Both the position numbers and the translations under genes were made by a program. DNA of 47,376 bases, taken from the NCBI GenBank assembly GCA_031373605.1, contig JANMMX010000011.1:1-47376 (forward strand), written 5' to 3'. Under the pieces are notes generated by a model, which worked only from the letters and a program-made list of their open reading frames with translations, was not told the DNA's origin and ran no database searches. This DNA comes from Bosea sp. (in: a-proteobacteria) (lineage in GTDB: Bacteria > Pseudomonadota > Alphaproteobacteria > Rhizobiales > Beijerinckiaceae). Position 1 is the stretch's first letter, and every line of letters begins with the position of its first letter. Positions 9,181-19,295 of the stretch are shown piece after piece.

Positions 9181-9732
9181 TCAACCCTTCGTCAGCGATT
9201 TGACAGCGGCATCGGCAGTCGCGGCTGTGGGGGCAACGCCTGTCAGCTTCTGGACAATCGAGATGGCGGCATCGGCGGCAATGCCGTCGACATTGGCCAT
9301 CGCCTTGTCCTTCATCTTGATGATCCGGCTTTCGGAAGTGGCAAGCTTGGCAGCCAGTTCGCCCTCGACAGCCTTGCGGCGGGCATCGCTGGCGGAATTG
9401 ACGCTTTCGCGTGTGCTATGGGCAATGCCCTGGGCACGGGCGCGGGCTTCCACCAGCGACTTCTCGTAAGCCTCGCCCGCCTCTTCAGCCTTGGCCTTGG
9501 CCTTGGCTGCAGTGTCGAGATCCGCCGTGATGCGTGCTGACCGGTCAGCCAGAAGACCGCCAATGCGTGGCACGATGATCTTGGACATCATCCAGTAGAG
9601 AAGGCCGAATGCCAGAGCGAGCCACAGGAGCTGCAGGGCAAAGGTCTCGCTCTGGAATGGCGGGAACGCGCCGCTGGCAGGGGCCTTGCCCTCAGCGGTC
9701 GTGCCTGCGGTTGTCTTTGCGGGCGCTGCCAT
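9181..9732 (-). CDS. atpF2: ATP synthase F0 subunit b'
   Basis: FPPFQSETF..QLLWL..FGLLY...PRI; start ATG 9732 or GTG 9735. Confidence 0.9.
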   Translation of the reverse strand: MAAPAKTTAGTTAEGKAPASGAFPPFQSETFALQLLWLALAFGLLYWMMSKIIVPRIGGLLADRSARITADLDTAAKAKAKAEEAGEAYEKSLVEARARAQGIAHSTRESVNSASDARRKAVEGELAAKLATSESRIIKMKDKAMANVDGIAADAAISIVQKLTGVAPTAATADAAVKSLTKG

Positions 9733-9817
9733 CACTTCAATCCCTGAATTCGCGTGGGCCGCAATCGGCCCACGCCTGATGTGCCGTCAATCCCTGTCTG
9801 GAACCAGACAGGCGGGA

Positions 9818-10045
9818 TCAGACTGCGAACAGCAGCAGGAGCGCGATGAGCAAGCAGAAAATGCCGAGCGCTTCGGTCAGTGCGAAGCCGAGCAGCAGGG
9901 TGCCGCGCTGGCCATCGGCAGCTGACGGGTTGCGCAGCGCGCCAGCCAGGAACTGGCCGAACAGGTTGCCAAGCGCGATGGCAACGCCGGACATGCCGAG
10001 GCAGGCCAGACCAGCACCAATGTATTTTGCGGCGACGGGATCCAT
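9818..10045 (-). CDS. atpE: ATP synthase F0 subunit c
   Basis: [12 protein letters not shown] loop, proton-binding Glu in ALTEALGIF. Confidence 0.97.
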   Translation of the reverse strand: MDPVAAKYIGAGLACLGMSGVAIALGNLFGQFLAGALRNPSAADGQRGTLLLGFALTEALGIFCLLIALLLLFAV

Positions 10046-10113
10046 GTAGAGCTCCTTGGGTTTTCTTTGGGGTTTTGCTTGTCTTGAGTGGAAAGAAACC
10101 GGCTGATGAAGGT

Positions 10114-10860
10114 TCAGTGGCCGGGATGGAGGGCGTCATGCAGGTAAATGCATGTCAGAACGGCGAAAACGTAAGCCTGAAGCACGGCCACCAGCATCTC
10201 GAGTGCGATGAGCGCAACCGTCAGCGCCAGTGGCAGCGGCGCCATGATGGCCCAGCCGCCGGCAAACAGCAGCGTGGCAACAAAGCCCGCGAAGATTTTG
10301 AGGGCGATGTGGCCTGCCAGCATGTTAGCGAAGAGACGAACCGAGAGGCTGATTGGCCGCGAGATGAAGGAGACAACCTCAATCGGGATCAGGATGACAA
10401 GCATGGCCGGATGCACGCCGGACGGTGCGAACAGGCCGAAAAAATGCATGCCATGCTTGTAAAGCCCATAAAGCAGCACGGTCAGGATCACGAGACCTGC
10501 AAGTGCTGCGGTCACGATCAGATGGCTGGTCACTGTGAAGGTGCCGGGCACCATGCCGATCAGGTTGCACATCAGCACAAACATGAAGAGCGAGAAGACC
10601 AGCGGCATGAAATGCATGCCGTCACGGCCAGCGGATTCACGCACGGTGGTGGCCACGAACTCGTAGGCCATTTCGGCCAGCGACTGAAGCCGACCGGGCA
10701 CAAGCGACTGGTGGCGCGTGCCGTAGATAAGCAGCAGGCCGATCAAGCCAACCGCGATGAACATGTAGAGCGCGGAGTTGGTGAAGGCGATTTCCTGGTT
10801 GCCGATCTTGCCCAACGTCGCGATCGTCTTGATCTCGAATTGTTCAATCGGGCTGGCCAT
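10114..10860 (-). CDS. atpB: ATP synthase F0 subunit a
   Basis: [33 protein letters not shown]. Confidence 0.97.
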   Translation of the reverse strand: MASPIEQFEIKTIATLGKIGNQEIAFTNSALYMFIAVGLIGLLLIYGTRHQSLVPGRLQSLAEMAYEFVATTVRESAGRDGMHFMPLVFSLFMFVLMCNLIGMVPGTFTVTSHLIVTAALAGLVILTVLLYGLYKHGMHFFGLFAPSGVHPAMLVILIPIEVVSFISRPISLSVRLFANMLAGHIALKIFAGFVATLLFAGGWAIMAPLPLALTVALIALEMLVAVLQAYVFAVLTCIYLHDALHPGH

Positions 10861-10927
10861 GGTCGCACCGGTTCCTGCTCATCATCGCCAGCGCCAAGCG
10901 CCGGCTCATTTCAGATGTCAAGGCTGT

Positions 10928-11299
10928 TCAGCCCTGACGCTTATTCATCTGCCCGGCAGCGCGCATGACGTTCCAGACGCCTGCACCGAAACCAAGCAGC
11001 AGAAAGAACATGAGGCCCCATGGCTTCGATCCGAAAGACTGGTCGAAGAACCACCCGATCCCACCGCCGACAATCACGCCAGCAAGAAATTCAGATGACA
11101 ACCTGAGTGCCTGCCCGAGAGACGACGTGTCTTCGGACGTCCGCTCCAGCTTGCGCTCGGCCTCCTTGCGATCAGTGACCGCACCAAGGCGGTCTCCCAA
11201 AGCATCGAGGCGGCGCGCGAGGTCCTCGTCGCCGGGTGCCGTTTGACCTGTCAAGCTTTTGGGCTTTCCAGAGGGCTCACCGTGATTGCCACCCGTCAC
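10928..11299 (-). CDS. atpI: AtpZ/AtpI family protein
   Basis: EFLAGVIVGGGIGWFFD...PWG...LGFGAG; first gene of the F0 operon. Confidence 0.88.
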   Translation of the reverse strand: MTGGNHGEPSGKPKSLTGQTAPGDEDLARRLDALGDRLGAVTDRKEAERKLERTSEDTSSLGQALRLSSEFLAGVIVGGGIGWFFDQSFGSKPWGLMFFLLLGFGAGVWNVMRAAGQMNKRQG

Positions 11300-11391
11300 G
11301 GGACAGCCATCCTTGCAACAAGATCCGAAGCCGGATCGCCGGTTTTCAGATCGTCCTGCACGGCGTGCAAAACCCCTGTGAAACCGCGCGC

Positions 11392-11420
11392 AACATATTG
11401 GCGGGTCCCGGATGTGTCAA
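11392..11420 (-). promoter_or_regulatory. Sigma70-type promoter of the atp F0 operon
   Basis: TTGACA-N17-TATGTT on the minus strand with an AT-rich tract upstream (about 11436-11470). Confidence 0.7.
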
Positions 11421-11516
11421 GGAAAGTCATGCGCTAACTAACTCTTTGGAAAAACTATATTTTTTAATTTCGAGATGTATTTTCAGCTTGCCTTGCGCGC
11501 GACTCGCGCCACGGAT

Positions 11517-14500
11517 TCACACCGCTTCCCGGATGCGCTCTGCCGTTTCAAGGTCGACCGAGACCAGCTGGCTGACGCCGCGTTCCGCCATGGTCACGCC
11601 ATACAGACGATCCATCCGCGCCATGGTGATCGGGTTATGCGTGATGATGATGAAGCGCGTGTCCGTGGTGTTGGCCATGTCTGTCAGGAGGTCGCAATAG
11701 CGCTCGACATTGGCGTCATCGAGCGGGGCATCGACTTCGTCCAGCACGCAAATCGGCGAGGGATTGGTCAGAAACACCGCAAAGATCAGCGCTGTGGCCG
11801 TCAATGCCTGCTCGCCGCCCGAAAGCAGGGTCATCGTTTGCGGCTTCTTGCCAGGCGGGCGCGCGAGGATTTCGAGGCCTGCTTCCAGCGGATCATCCGA
11901 ATCGACAAGCGTCAATTCGGCCGTGCCGCCGCCGAAGAGCACGCCGAACAGCTTCTGGAAATGGCCATTGACGACGTCGAAAGCGGCCAGCAATCGTTCG
12001 CGGCCCTCGCGGTTCAGCGCGCCGATGGCCTGGCGCAGGCGACGGATCGCCTCGGTCAAATCGTCGCGCTCGGTCACCATTGTGTCGCGCTTGAGCGTGA
12101 TCTCGGTCAATTCGTCGTCGGCGCGCAGGTTTACCGAGCCCAGGCGCTCGCGCTCGGCCCTGAGCGAGGCAAGCCGACGTTCGGTTGATTCGGTCGGCGG
12201 CAGGTCATCACCCGGGGCCAGCCCGGCCAGTGCAAAGAGACCGTTCGGATCGGTTTCCAGCGTCTCGGCCACCATGCGCAGCACATCGTCGAAGCGCGCT
12301 TTGGACGCTTCAACGCGCGCCTCGGCAGCAGCGCGGGCCTCGCGGGCCTCGGCCATGCCATCCAGCGCTGCGCGTGCCTGACGGTCGGCAACTGCAAGGG
12401 CCGATTCGCCCTCAGCCAGCCGGTCAGCCGCGTTCTTGCGCGCGCCTTCCGCCGTCTCGATTTCGCCGACCAGGCGACGGCGCTCGACAAGGAACGTGTC
12501 GGGCGCTTCCGCCAGCGCGTGCTGTTCGACTCTGGTGGCATCGATGCGGGCGTCGATCTCGGCGGTGGCGGCGCTGCTGTCTTTCGTGCGCGCTTCCCAG
12601 GCCTGGGCCTCGCTGGCAATCGTCTCGCGGCGGCGCAGGCGCATGTCCTGCTCGCGTTGGAGCGTTTGCACGGCAGCGCGCGCGGCTGAGGCTTCGGCGC
12701 GGGCCTCGGCAACCACGGCGCGGGCGGCATGCATCTCGTTTTCGAGCTCGGGTGCAGCTGTGAGACTGGCAATGGCAGCCTCGGCGGCTTGCGCCTGCGC
12801 CTGCGCCTCGGCCTCGTTCGCGCTCAGCCGCCCGATGGCCTCATCCAGCACGGAGCGGCGCTGCGCCTGGTCGGAAGCCTTGCGCTCGGCCTGTGCCAGC
12901 CGCTCGCGCGCCTGATCGAAATTGCGGCGTGCCTCGCGCACCTGCTCGACGGATTGGCTCTCAGTCAGTTGGGCGGCGCGCATCGTCGCAATGGCCGCCT
13001 CTGCACGCTCGCGCGCCACTTCTGCTGTCTCGCGGGCGGCTTGGGCCTCGCGTTCGAGATCGCCCAGCCGGTTCTTCTCCGAAAGACGACGCGCTGCAGC
13101 AGATGGCGCCTCTGCGGCAGTGGTAAAGCCATCCCAGCGCCAGACATCGCCTTCGCGCGAGACCAGGCGTTGGCCAACCTTCAGCTCACCGCGAAGCGCG
13201 GCACCCTCGCTGCGCGCCACGACACCGATCTGACGCAGGCGGCGCAGCATCGCATCTGGCGCTCGGACATGTTGCGCCAGTGGCGTGACGCCAGCGGGCA
13301 AGGCAGGGTCCTGTGCCGCATCGCCGGTGTTGAACCAATGAGTCGGCGCGGACGGGTTGGAGGAGGCATCAAGGTCTTCACCAAGAGCTGCGCCAAGCGC
13401 AGCTTCAAAGCCCTTGGCCACGGTGATCGCGTCCAGCACAGGCGGCCAGAGGTCGCTGGCGCCTGTTGCCAGCAGCTTCTGCAAGGTGCGGATCTCCGTC
13501 TCGAGCCGTTGCGCTGCACGATCGGATTCTGCCAGTGGGCCGCGCGCGGCGGCCTCCGCCTCGCGCGCCACCGTCAGTGCCGCGCGGGCACTGGCAGCAG
13601 CCTCATCGGACTGTCGCAGGGTTCTTTCGCTCTCACCGAACGCGTTGCGCAGTTGCTCGACCGAATCGCCCGACGGGCTGCCCGCATCGAGGGCTGCCCG
13701 CTCGCGCTCTAGCCGCTCGCGTTCCTGCTTCTGACGTGCGATCCGCTCGCGTGCCTCGCGCAATCCACGCTCGAGCGCGCTGCGTCGTGCGTTCACATCT
13801 GACAGCCGGGTCTGGATCTCGGCGAGCCTCGCCTCTTCCCGCTGGGCTTTGGCGTCTGTCTCGGTCAGTCTTGCATCGGCAGCTTGAGCCGTGCTGCCAT
13901 TGGCAGCTTGCTCGGCGGCGAGTGCAGCGTCTTCATCCCGCAGTCGCGCCAGGCTCTGGACAGCATCGGCAGCAAGGGTTGACTGGCGGGCGAGATCAGC
14001 CTGCAGCTCGGCAAGCCGCCGCTCGAGCTCCTGTGCCCGCTGCTTCGAGCGGCGCTCCTCAGCTTCCAGGTCGTCGAGGCCACGCCTGAGGCGCACCAGA
14101 CCCGCTGCCGCCTGCGCCTCCTTCTCGCGCAGATCAGGCAGCAGCATCGCGGCGATGGCCTGCGCCTTCGCGGCTTCGGCCTGCACGGCGGTGCGGCCCG
14201 CTACCTCGCGCACAGCACCTTCCAGTGTGCGCTCGGCCTGTGCTGCCTGCTCGCGCGCGTCACGGTGCTGGATGGCGGCAATCAGCGCCTCGGCCCGGCG
14301 GATGTCGGCTGCCAGACCACGGTAGCGGCTGGCCTGCTTCGCCTGCCGCCCGAGTGAATCGATCTGTCCGTCAATCTCGCGCAGCACATCTTCCAGCCTG
14401 ACGAGATTGTCCTCCGCCGCGCGCAAGCGCAGCTCAGCCTCGTGGCGGCGCGAGTGCAGGCCGGAAATCCCCGCAGCCTCTTCCAGAATGCGGCGGCGTG

Positions 14501-14975
14501 ATTGCGGCTTGGCGGCAATGATCTCGCTGATCTGGCCCTGCCGCACCAGTGCCGGCGAGCGGGCGCCGGTCGAGGCATCGGCAAAGAGAAGCTGCACATC
14601 GCGGGCGCGCACTTCCTTGCCATTGACGCGGTAGGTCGAGCCATCCTCGCGCTCGATGCGGCGGGTGACCTCCAGCAGGTCCGTGTCGTTGAAGGCGGCG
14701 GGCGCCTTGCGGTCATGATTGTCGAGTGTCAGCGCCACTTCGGCCATGTTGCGGGCGGGCCTGCCGCCGGAGCCGGAGAAGATGACATCATCCATCCCGG
14801 AGCCGCGCATGTTCTTGAACGAGTTCTCGCCCATGACCCAGCGCAGGGCCTCGACAAGGTTGGACTTGCCGCAGCCATTGGGCCCGACAACGCCGTTCAG
14901 ACCGGGCTCGATCAGGAATTCGGTGGGCTCAACAAAGGTCTTGAAACCAGTGAGCTTGAGGCGGGTGAGCTTCAT
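11517..14975 (-). CDS. smc: Chromosome partition protein SMC
   Basis: Walker A GPNGCGKSN, Q-loop RQGQI, long coiled coils, LSGGE, VLDEVDAPLD. Confidence 0.97.
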   Translation of the reverse strand: MKLTRLKLTGFKTFVEPTEFLIEPGLNGVVGPNGCGKSNLVEALRWVMGENSFKNMRGSGMDDVIFSGSGGRPARNMAEVALTLDNHDRKAPAAFNDTDLLEVTRRIEREDGSTYRVNGKEVRARDVQLLFADASTGARSPALVRQGQISEIIAAKPQSRRRILEEAAGISGLHSRRHEAELRLRAAEDNLVRLEDVLREIDGQIDSLGRQAKQASRYRGLAADIRRAEALIAAIQHRDAREQAAQAERTLEGAVREVAGRTAVQAEAAKAQAIAAMLLPDLREKEAQAAAGLVRLRRGLDDLEAEERRSKQRAQELERRLAELQADLARQSTLAADAVQSLARLRDEDAALAAEQAANGSTAQAADARLTETDAKAQREEARLAEIQTRLSDVNARRSALERGLREARERIARQKQERERLERERAALDAGSPSGDSVEQLRNAFGESERTLRQSDEAAASARAALTVAREAEAAARGPLAESDRAAQRLETEIRTLQKLLATGASDLWPPVLDAITVAKGFEAALGAALGEDLDASSNPSAPTHWFNTGDAAQDPALPAGVTPLAQHVRAPDAMLRRLRQIGVVARSEGAALRGELKVGQRLVSREGDVWRWDGFTTAAEAPSAAARRLSEKNRLGDLEREAQAARETAEVARERAEAAIATMRAAQLTESQSVEQVREARRNFDQARERLAQAERKASDQAQRRSVLDEAIGRLSANEAEAQAQAQAAEAAIASLTAAPELENEMHAARAVVAEARAEASAARAAVQTLQREQDMRLRRRETIASEAQAWEARTKDSSAATAEIDARIDATRVEQHALAEAPDTFLVERRRLVGEIETAEGARKNAADRLAEGESALAVADRQARAALDGMAEAREARAAAEARVEASKARFDDVLRMVAETLETDPNGLFALAGLAPGDDLPPTESTERRLASLRAERERLGSVNLRADDELTEITLKRDTMVTERDDLTEAIRRLRQAIGALNREGRERLLAAFDVVNGHFQKLFGVLFGGGTAELTLVDSDDPLEAGLEILARPPGKKPQTMTLLSGGEQALTATALIFAVFLTNPSPICVLDEVDAPLDDANVERYCDLLTDMANTTDTRFIIITHNPITMARMDRLYGVTMAERGVSQLVSVDLETAERIREAV

Positions 14976-15020
14976 GAGCTCACCGGAACCGTTGTCAGCA
15001 AAGCGTGCAGGCGCGTGTCA

Positions 15021-15656
15021 TCAGCCGCCAAGCAGCGGATCGATGATCTTTTCAAATTCGGCGATTGACAACGCACCGCTTCGCAACTGCCCATTGATGA
15101 AGAAGGTCGGCGTGGAACTCACGCCCAGCTTCTCGCCACGGTTCTTAACCTGCTGCACGGCGTCATAAATGTCCTGCCGTTTCAAGCACGCTTCGAAACT
15201 TTCCTGTGTGAAACCGGCCTGCCGCACGAGGGAAACCAGCGCATCAAGCGGTTTCTCGGTAAAGGCCCAGTTGCGCTGCTGGGCAAAAAGCATGTCGGTC
15301 ATCGCCTCGTACTTCGCATTGCCATTGCAGCGCGAGAGCATGAAACCGGCCGTCGCCAGCGGATCGAGCGGGAACTCGCGAAGCGTGAAGCGCACCTTGC
15401 CCGTGTCGACATACTTCGCCTTCAGCTGCGGCCAGGTGTCCTTGTGAAAGGTGGCGCAATGCGAGCAGGTCAGCGAGGCATATTCAATGATCGTGACCTT
15501 GGCATCCGCCGCGCCCAGCCAGACATCACCCAGGGGGCTGGCATCAGCGAGCTTCGGGGCATCCTGTGCCAGCGCGCCTGTCGCGTGGCCTGTGAGTGCC
15601 AGCGCTGCCGCGCCACCGAGAACTGCGCCACCAAGAACCTGCCTGCGTGTCGTCAT
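15021..15656 (-). CDS. DsbA-family thioredoxin-fold protein with twin-arginine-like signal
   Basis: TTRRQVL signal, EYASLTCSHC, REFPLD, cis-Pro STPTFF. Confidence 0.9.
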   Translation of the reverse strand: MTTRRQVLGGAVLGGAAALALTGHATGALAQDAPKLADASPLGDVWLGAADAKVTIIEYASLTCSHCATFHKDTWPQLKAKYVDTGKVRFTLREFPLDPLATAGFMLSRCNGNAKYEAMTDMLFAQQRNWAFTEKPLDALVSLVRQAGFTQESFEACLKRQDIYDAVQQVKNRGEKLGVSSTPTFFINGQLRSGALSIAEFEKIIDPLLGG

Positions 15657-15757
15657 CTGGAGATCACCTCAATCTGGATTTGGACGGACCATACAAAGAC
15701 ATGGGCCGCAGGCAAGGCAAGATTGCGGCAAAGCATGCCGGGCGCCCGCCAGATCGC

Positions 15758-16270
15758 TCACGATTTCGTGCCAGAGCCCGGATTGTTGGCTCTGGTGGCA
15801 AGGCCGGCACCGAGCCGGGCAAGTGCCGCCCTCAAGTCTGGATCTGAAATGCCAGTGAGGCTGGCTTCAATTTCTGCCTGCCGCGCGGGATCGAGCGGTG
15901 GTCGCTTCCGGGGAAGTTCAGCCTCCACCGGCCCCTGCTTGAGCACAATCCTGCCAATGGCGCGCCAGCCCAGATGCGTGTTGACGCGCTCTGTGACCAG
16001 CGGCGCCAGCTGTTGCAGGTCGAGCGCAAAGGCGCTCTCGATGCGCACCACAAGTGTGGCAGGCTCTGACGGCTCGCCCGGCGCACCGCGGCGGCGCGGC
16101 CAGTCAATCTTCAGCGGGCGCGAGCGTGTGGCCAGCCGCTCGCCGACGATCTCGGGCCAAAGAGCGACGATGCTGCGGTCGGCAAAGCCCTGCGCGGCCA
16201 GAGCCGGCGCAAGGCAGGCATCGAGCAGATCGGCAAGCGGCCGGGGCGATGCGGGAGACTTGAACGCCAT
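15758..16270 (-). CDS. DUF721 / DciA-family protein
   Basis: QGF...WPEIVG...RPLKIDWP...ATLVVR...ERVN...GW..I.RIVLKQGP; usual position upstream of dsbA-smc. Confidence 0.85.
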   Translation of the reverse strand: MAFKSPASPRPLADLLDACLAPALAAQGFADRSIVALWPEIVGERLATRSRPLKIDWPRRRGAPGEPSEPATLVVRIESAFALDLQQLAPLVTERVNTHLGWRAIGRIVLKQGPVEAELPRKRPPLDPARQAEIEASLTGISDPDLRAALARLGAGLATRANNPGSGTKS

Positions 16271-16327
16271 GGATGCGTTTCTGGACCGGCCAGCCCAACG
16301 GAGCAAGGCCTGAGCGGAAAGGCCCTG

Positions 16328-17590
16328 CTATTCAGGCGTGAACGACGCCGTGACTGGCTGTGCAGGCGTGATCGCCTTCGGCACCGACATCTTGGGCGCG
16401 GCAGGCCGGGCGCTGGCAGCCTTGGGTGCCTTGCGGGTCTGGATCGTCGACGTCACGATGCCCTGGTTGGTGTCGAGATTGTAGATGTCATCGCGGAACT
16501 GCACGACGCCATCATTGCCCTGCCAGGCCGTGAGATAGACCCAGGCCACGGGCACGTGCTTCTTAAGCTTGATGTCCTTGCGCTCGCCTTTGGCGATCTC
16601 ACTGTCGATGGCCTCCCGCGTCCATTCAGTGCCTTCCAGCAGCCAGGTGGCGAGGTCCTTGACGCCCTGCACGCGGGCGCAACCGGAAGAGTGGAAGCGC
16701 ACATCGGAGCGGAAGAGCTCCTTCTTCGGCGTGTCGTGCATGTAGACCGCTTCGGTGTTCGGCATGTCGATCCTGACCTGACCGAGCGAATTGGTCGGGC
16801 CGGGGTCCTGCCGGACGATGAAATTCGGGTTGGTCAAGGTCGCCCAGTTGATCGTCGCCGGGTCAACTTCCTGCCCGCCGGCACCCAGAATGCGCATGTG
16901 CGACTTGGCGAGGAAGGTCTTGTCGGCCCGCATTTTCGGAATGATGTCGGCCTTGAGGATCGACATCGGCACCGTCCATGTCGGGTTCAGGTTGACCGAC
17001 TGGATCTTGGCCTGAATGACCGGGGATTGCCGGTCATGGCGGCCCACCACGGCGACATGGCGCTGCACAACCTCGCCATTCTCGACTGCCTCGACGCTGG
17101 CACCGGGAATGTTGACGACGACATAGCGGCTTGCGAACTGGAAGCCATTGCCTTTCAGGCGCTCCAGCGACGCTGTCAGCTGGTTCAGCCGCGTGCTGAC
17201 GGTGATGTTAAGCGATTTCAGCGTCAGCGGACCAACGATGCCCGTATCGGACAGGCCATGGCGCAGCTGATAGCGCTTGAGCGCGGCGCTGGTTGGAGCA
17301 TCGAAGACATCGCCTGCAGCGTCTGCCGCATCAAGATCGCCGCCGATCGTCAGGCGCTTTTTCAGCGAAGCCACCAGTGGGCCAGCCGAGCCGGTTTTCA
17401 GGCCCACGGCGCTGCCAGGCAGAGACGTCCAGGAGCCGCGCAGCGCGATCTCCTCATAGGCGATCAGTGCATCCAGCGTGCGGTCATAGGTTTGGGGACC
17501 AAAGGCCGGCTGGTTCGCCCACGCATGGCCAGCTGGTGCAGCGCAGACCGCAACCAGCAAGGCAAACCCGGTGAAGCGGGCTTTGAACAT
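16328..17590 (-). CDS. L,D-transpeptidase (YcbB/LdtD-like) with peptidoglycan-binding domain
   Basis: Signal peptide, LKRYQLRHGL..TG..G, VNIP, NPTWTVP, QDPGPTNSLG, YMHDTP, SSGCARV. Confidence 0.92.
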   Translation of the reverse strand: MFKARFTGFALLVAVCAAPAGHAWANQPAFGPQTYDRTLDALIAYEEIALRGSWTSLPGSAVGLKTGSAGPLVASLKKRLTIGGDLDAADAAGDVFDAPTSAALKRYQLRHGLSDTGIVGPLTLKSLNITVSTRLNQLTASLERLKGNGFQFASRYVVVNIPGASVEAVENGEVVQRHVAVVGRHDRQSPVIQAKIQSVNLNPTWTVPMSILKADIIPKMRADKTFLAKSHMRILGAGGQEVDPATINWATLTNPNFIVRQDPGPTNSLGQVRIDMPNTEAVYMHDTPKKELFRSDVRFHSSGCARVQGVKDLATWLLEGTEWTREAIDSEIAKGERKDIKLKKHVPVAWVYLTAWQGNDGVVQFRDDIYNLDTNQGIVTSTIQTRKAPKAASARPAAPKMSVPKAITPAQPVTASFTPE

Positions 17591-17641
17591 GGGCAGACTC
17601 CAGGCACGAAACGCGACGTGACTGGAGTATCCCGCGTCATG

Positions 17642-17657
17642 GTCAAGGAAGCGTTAA
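17642..17657 (-). promoter_or_regulatory. CtrA-like box upstream of the L,D-transpeptidase
   Basis: TTAA-CGCTTCC-TTGAC, one mismatch to TTAA-N7-TTAAC. Confidence 0.45.
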
Positions 17658-17658
17658 G

Positions 17659-17691
17659 GCCTGAGGCAGCGGCAGAAAGGCGGCCTCAGGC
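17659..17691 (-). terminator. Hairpin after gcvPB (possible terminator or mRNA stabiliser)
   Basis: GCCTGAGGC...GCCTCAGGC 9-bp arms; no strong U-tract. Confidence 0.4.
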
Positions 17692-17702
17692 GATGGTTTG
17701 GC

Positions 17703-19277
17703 TCACTCTGCCGCTTCGGCCAGTGGCTGCGGCGGGGTCCATTTCAGGATCGGGTTGCGCGCGGCGCGCGTCTCGTCAAGGCGGCGGCGCGGCGCGTGAT
17801 AGGGCGCGCCGGTGAAGCGCTCCTTGTCGCCGTCGGTGGCAGCCATGGCGAGGTCGCGCAGGGTCGCGATGAACAGATCGAGCGAGGCTTTCGATTCGGA
17901 TTCTGTCGGCTCGACCAGCATGGCGCCATGGACGACGAGCGGGAAATACATCGTCATCGGGTGATAGCCCTCGTCGATCATCGCCTTGGCAAAATCGAGC
18001 GTGGTGATGCCTGTGTCCTTCAGCCAGGCGTCGTCAAACAGCGCCTCGTGCATCGCCGGATGGTCCGGATAGGGCAGGGACATCAGGTCACAAAGTCCGG
18101 CGCGGATGTAGTTGGCGTTCAGCACGGCATCCTCTGACGCCTGCTTCATGCCATCCGCGCCGTGGCTCAGCATGTAGCTGAGCGCGCGCACATACATGCC
18201 CATCTGGCCATGGAAGGCCGTCATCCGGCCAAAGGCCAGATCGCGGCGGCCAATGCGACGCTCGTGCTCCACCAGCCCCAGGCTCTTGCCGGTGAAGGTG
18301 ACGAAGGGCACCGGCGCATAGGGCGCCAGACGCTCTGACAGCACGACCGGGCCGGAGCCGGGCCCACCACCACCATGAGGTGTCGAGAATGTCTTGTGCA
18401 GGTTGATATGCATGGCATCGACGCCGAGATCGCCCGGCTTCGCCTTGCCAACGATGGCGTTGTAGTTGGCGCCATCGCAGTAAAAATAGGCGCCAGCTGC
18501 GTGCATCGCGGCGGCAATCTCGACGATCTGCGGCTCGAAAATGCCGCAGGTGTTGGGATTGGTCAGCATGATCGCAGCGACATCGGGGCCGAGGAGCGCC
18601 TTCACATCATCGACATGCACCGTGCCGTCGGCACGCGCGGGCACCTCGCGCACGACAAAGCCAATGAGCGCCGCCGTCGCGGGGTTGGTGCCGTGGGCCG
18701 ATTCGGGCACCAGCACGACATTGCGGGTCGAGCCTTCGCCCTTGGCCTCGATGGCAGCCTTGATGGCCATCATGCCGCAAAGTTCGCCATGGGCACCGGC
18801 CTTGGGCGACATGGCAACAGCGGCCATGCCGGTCAGCGTGGTGAGATAGCGCGCCAGCTCCTGCATCAGCGCGAGAGCGCCCTGCACGGTCGAGACCGGC
18901 TGCAGCGGGTGAATGTCCGAGAAGCCGGGCAGGCGGGCCATCTTCTCGTTCAGCCGCGCATTGTGCTTCATCGTGCAGGAGCCGAGCGGGAAGAGGCCTG
19001 TGTCGATGCCGTAGTTCTTCTGGCTGAGGCGCACGAAATGGCGCATCGTCTCGGGCTCTGACAGGCCGGGCAGGCCGATCTCGCCCTTGCGGGCATGTTG
19101 GCCAAGGCGGCTCCTGAAGGGCGCGGGCTCTTCAATGTCGACGCCGGTCACATCATAGCGACCACTCTCGAAGAGCAAAGGCTCCTCCTGCATGAGGGCG
19201 CGGTTGCCGGTGAAGGTGGCGTGACCGGCCTCGGATGAGGCACCGGCCGTGGTGGGACGTCCCTGACGGTTCAGCAT
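17703..19277 (-). CDS. gcvPB: Glycine dehydrogenase (decarboxylating) subunit 2
   Basis: PLGSCTMKHN, AGAHGE, SAHGTNPA, NLHKTFSTPHGGGGPG, EPTESE. Confidence 0.97.
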   Translation of the reverse strand: MLNRQGRPTTAGASSEAGHATFTGNRALMQEEPLLFESGRYDVTGVDIEEPAPFRSRLGQHARKGEIGLPGLSEPETMRHFVRLSQKNYGIDTGLFPLGSCTMKHNARLNEKMARLPGFSDIHPLQPVSTVQGALALMQELARYLTTLTGMAAVAMSPKAGAHGELCGMMAIKAAIEAKGEGSTRNVVLVPESAHGTNPATAALIGFVVREVPARADGTVHVDDVKALLGPDVAAIMLTNPNTCGIFEPQIVEIAAAMHAAGAYFYCDGANYNAIVGKAKPGDLGVDAMHINLHKTFSTPHGGGGPGSGPVVLSERLAPYAPVPFVTFTGKSLGLVEHERRIGRRDLAFGRMTAFHGQMGMYVRALSYMLSHGADGMKQASEDAVLNANYIRAGLCDLMSLPYPDHPAMHEALFDDAWLKDTGITTLDFAKAMIDEGYHPMTMYFPLVVHGAMLVEPTESESKASLDLFIATLRDLAMAATDGDKERFTGAPYHAPRRRLDETRAARNPILKWTPPQPLAEAAE

Positions 19278-19295
19278 GTTGGCGTTTCCTTCAGA

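Noticed and set aside
8691-11299. ATP synthase operon lacking F1 genes and carrying two b subunits
   Set aside because: Normal split F0/F1 organisation in Alphaproteobacteria.
11436-11475. AT-rich tract between smc and atpI as foreign DNA or an IHF site
   Set aside because: Short and adjacent to the atp promoter (UP-element-like); two mismatches to the IHF core consensus.
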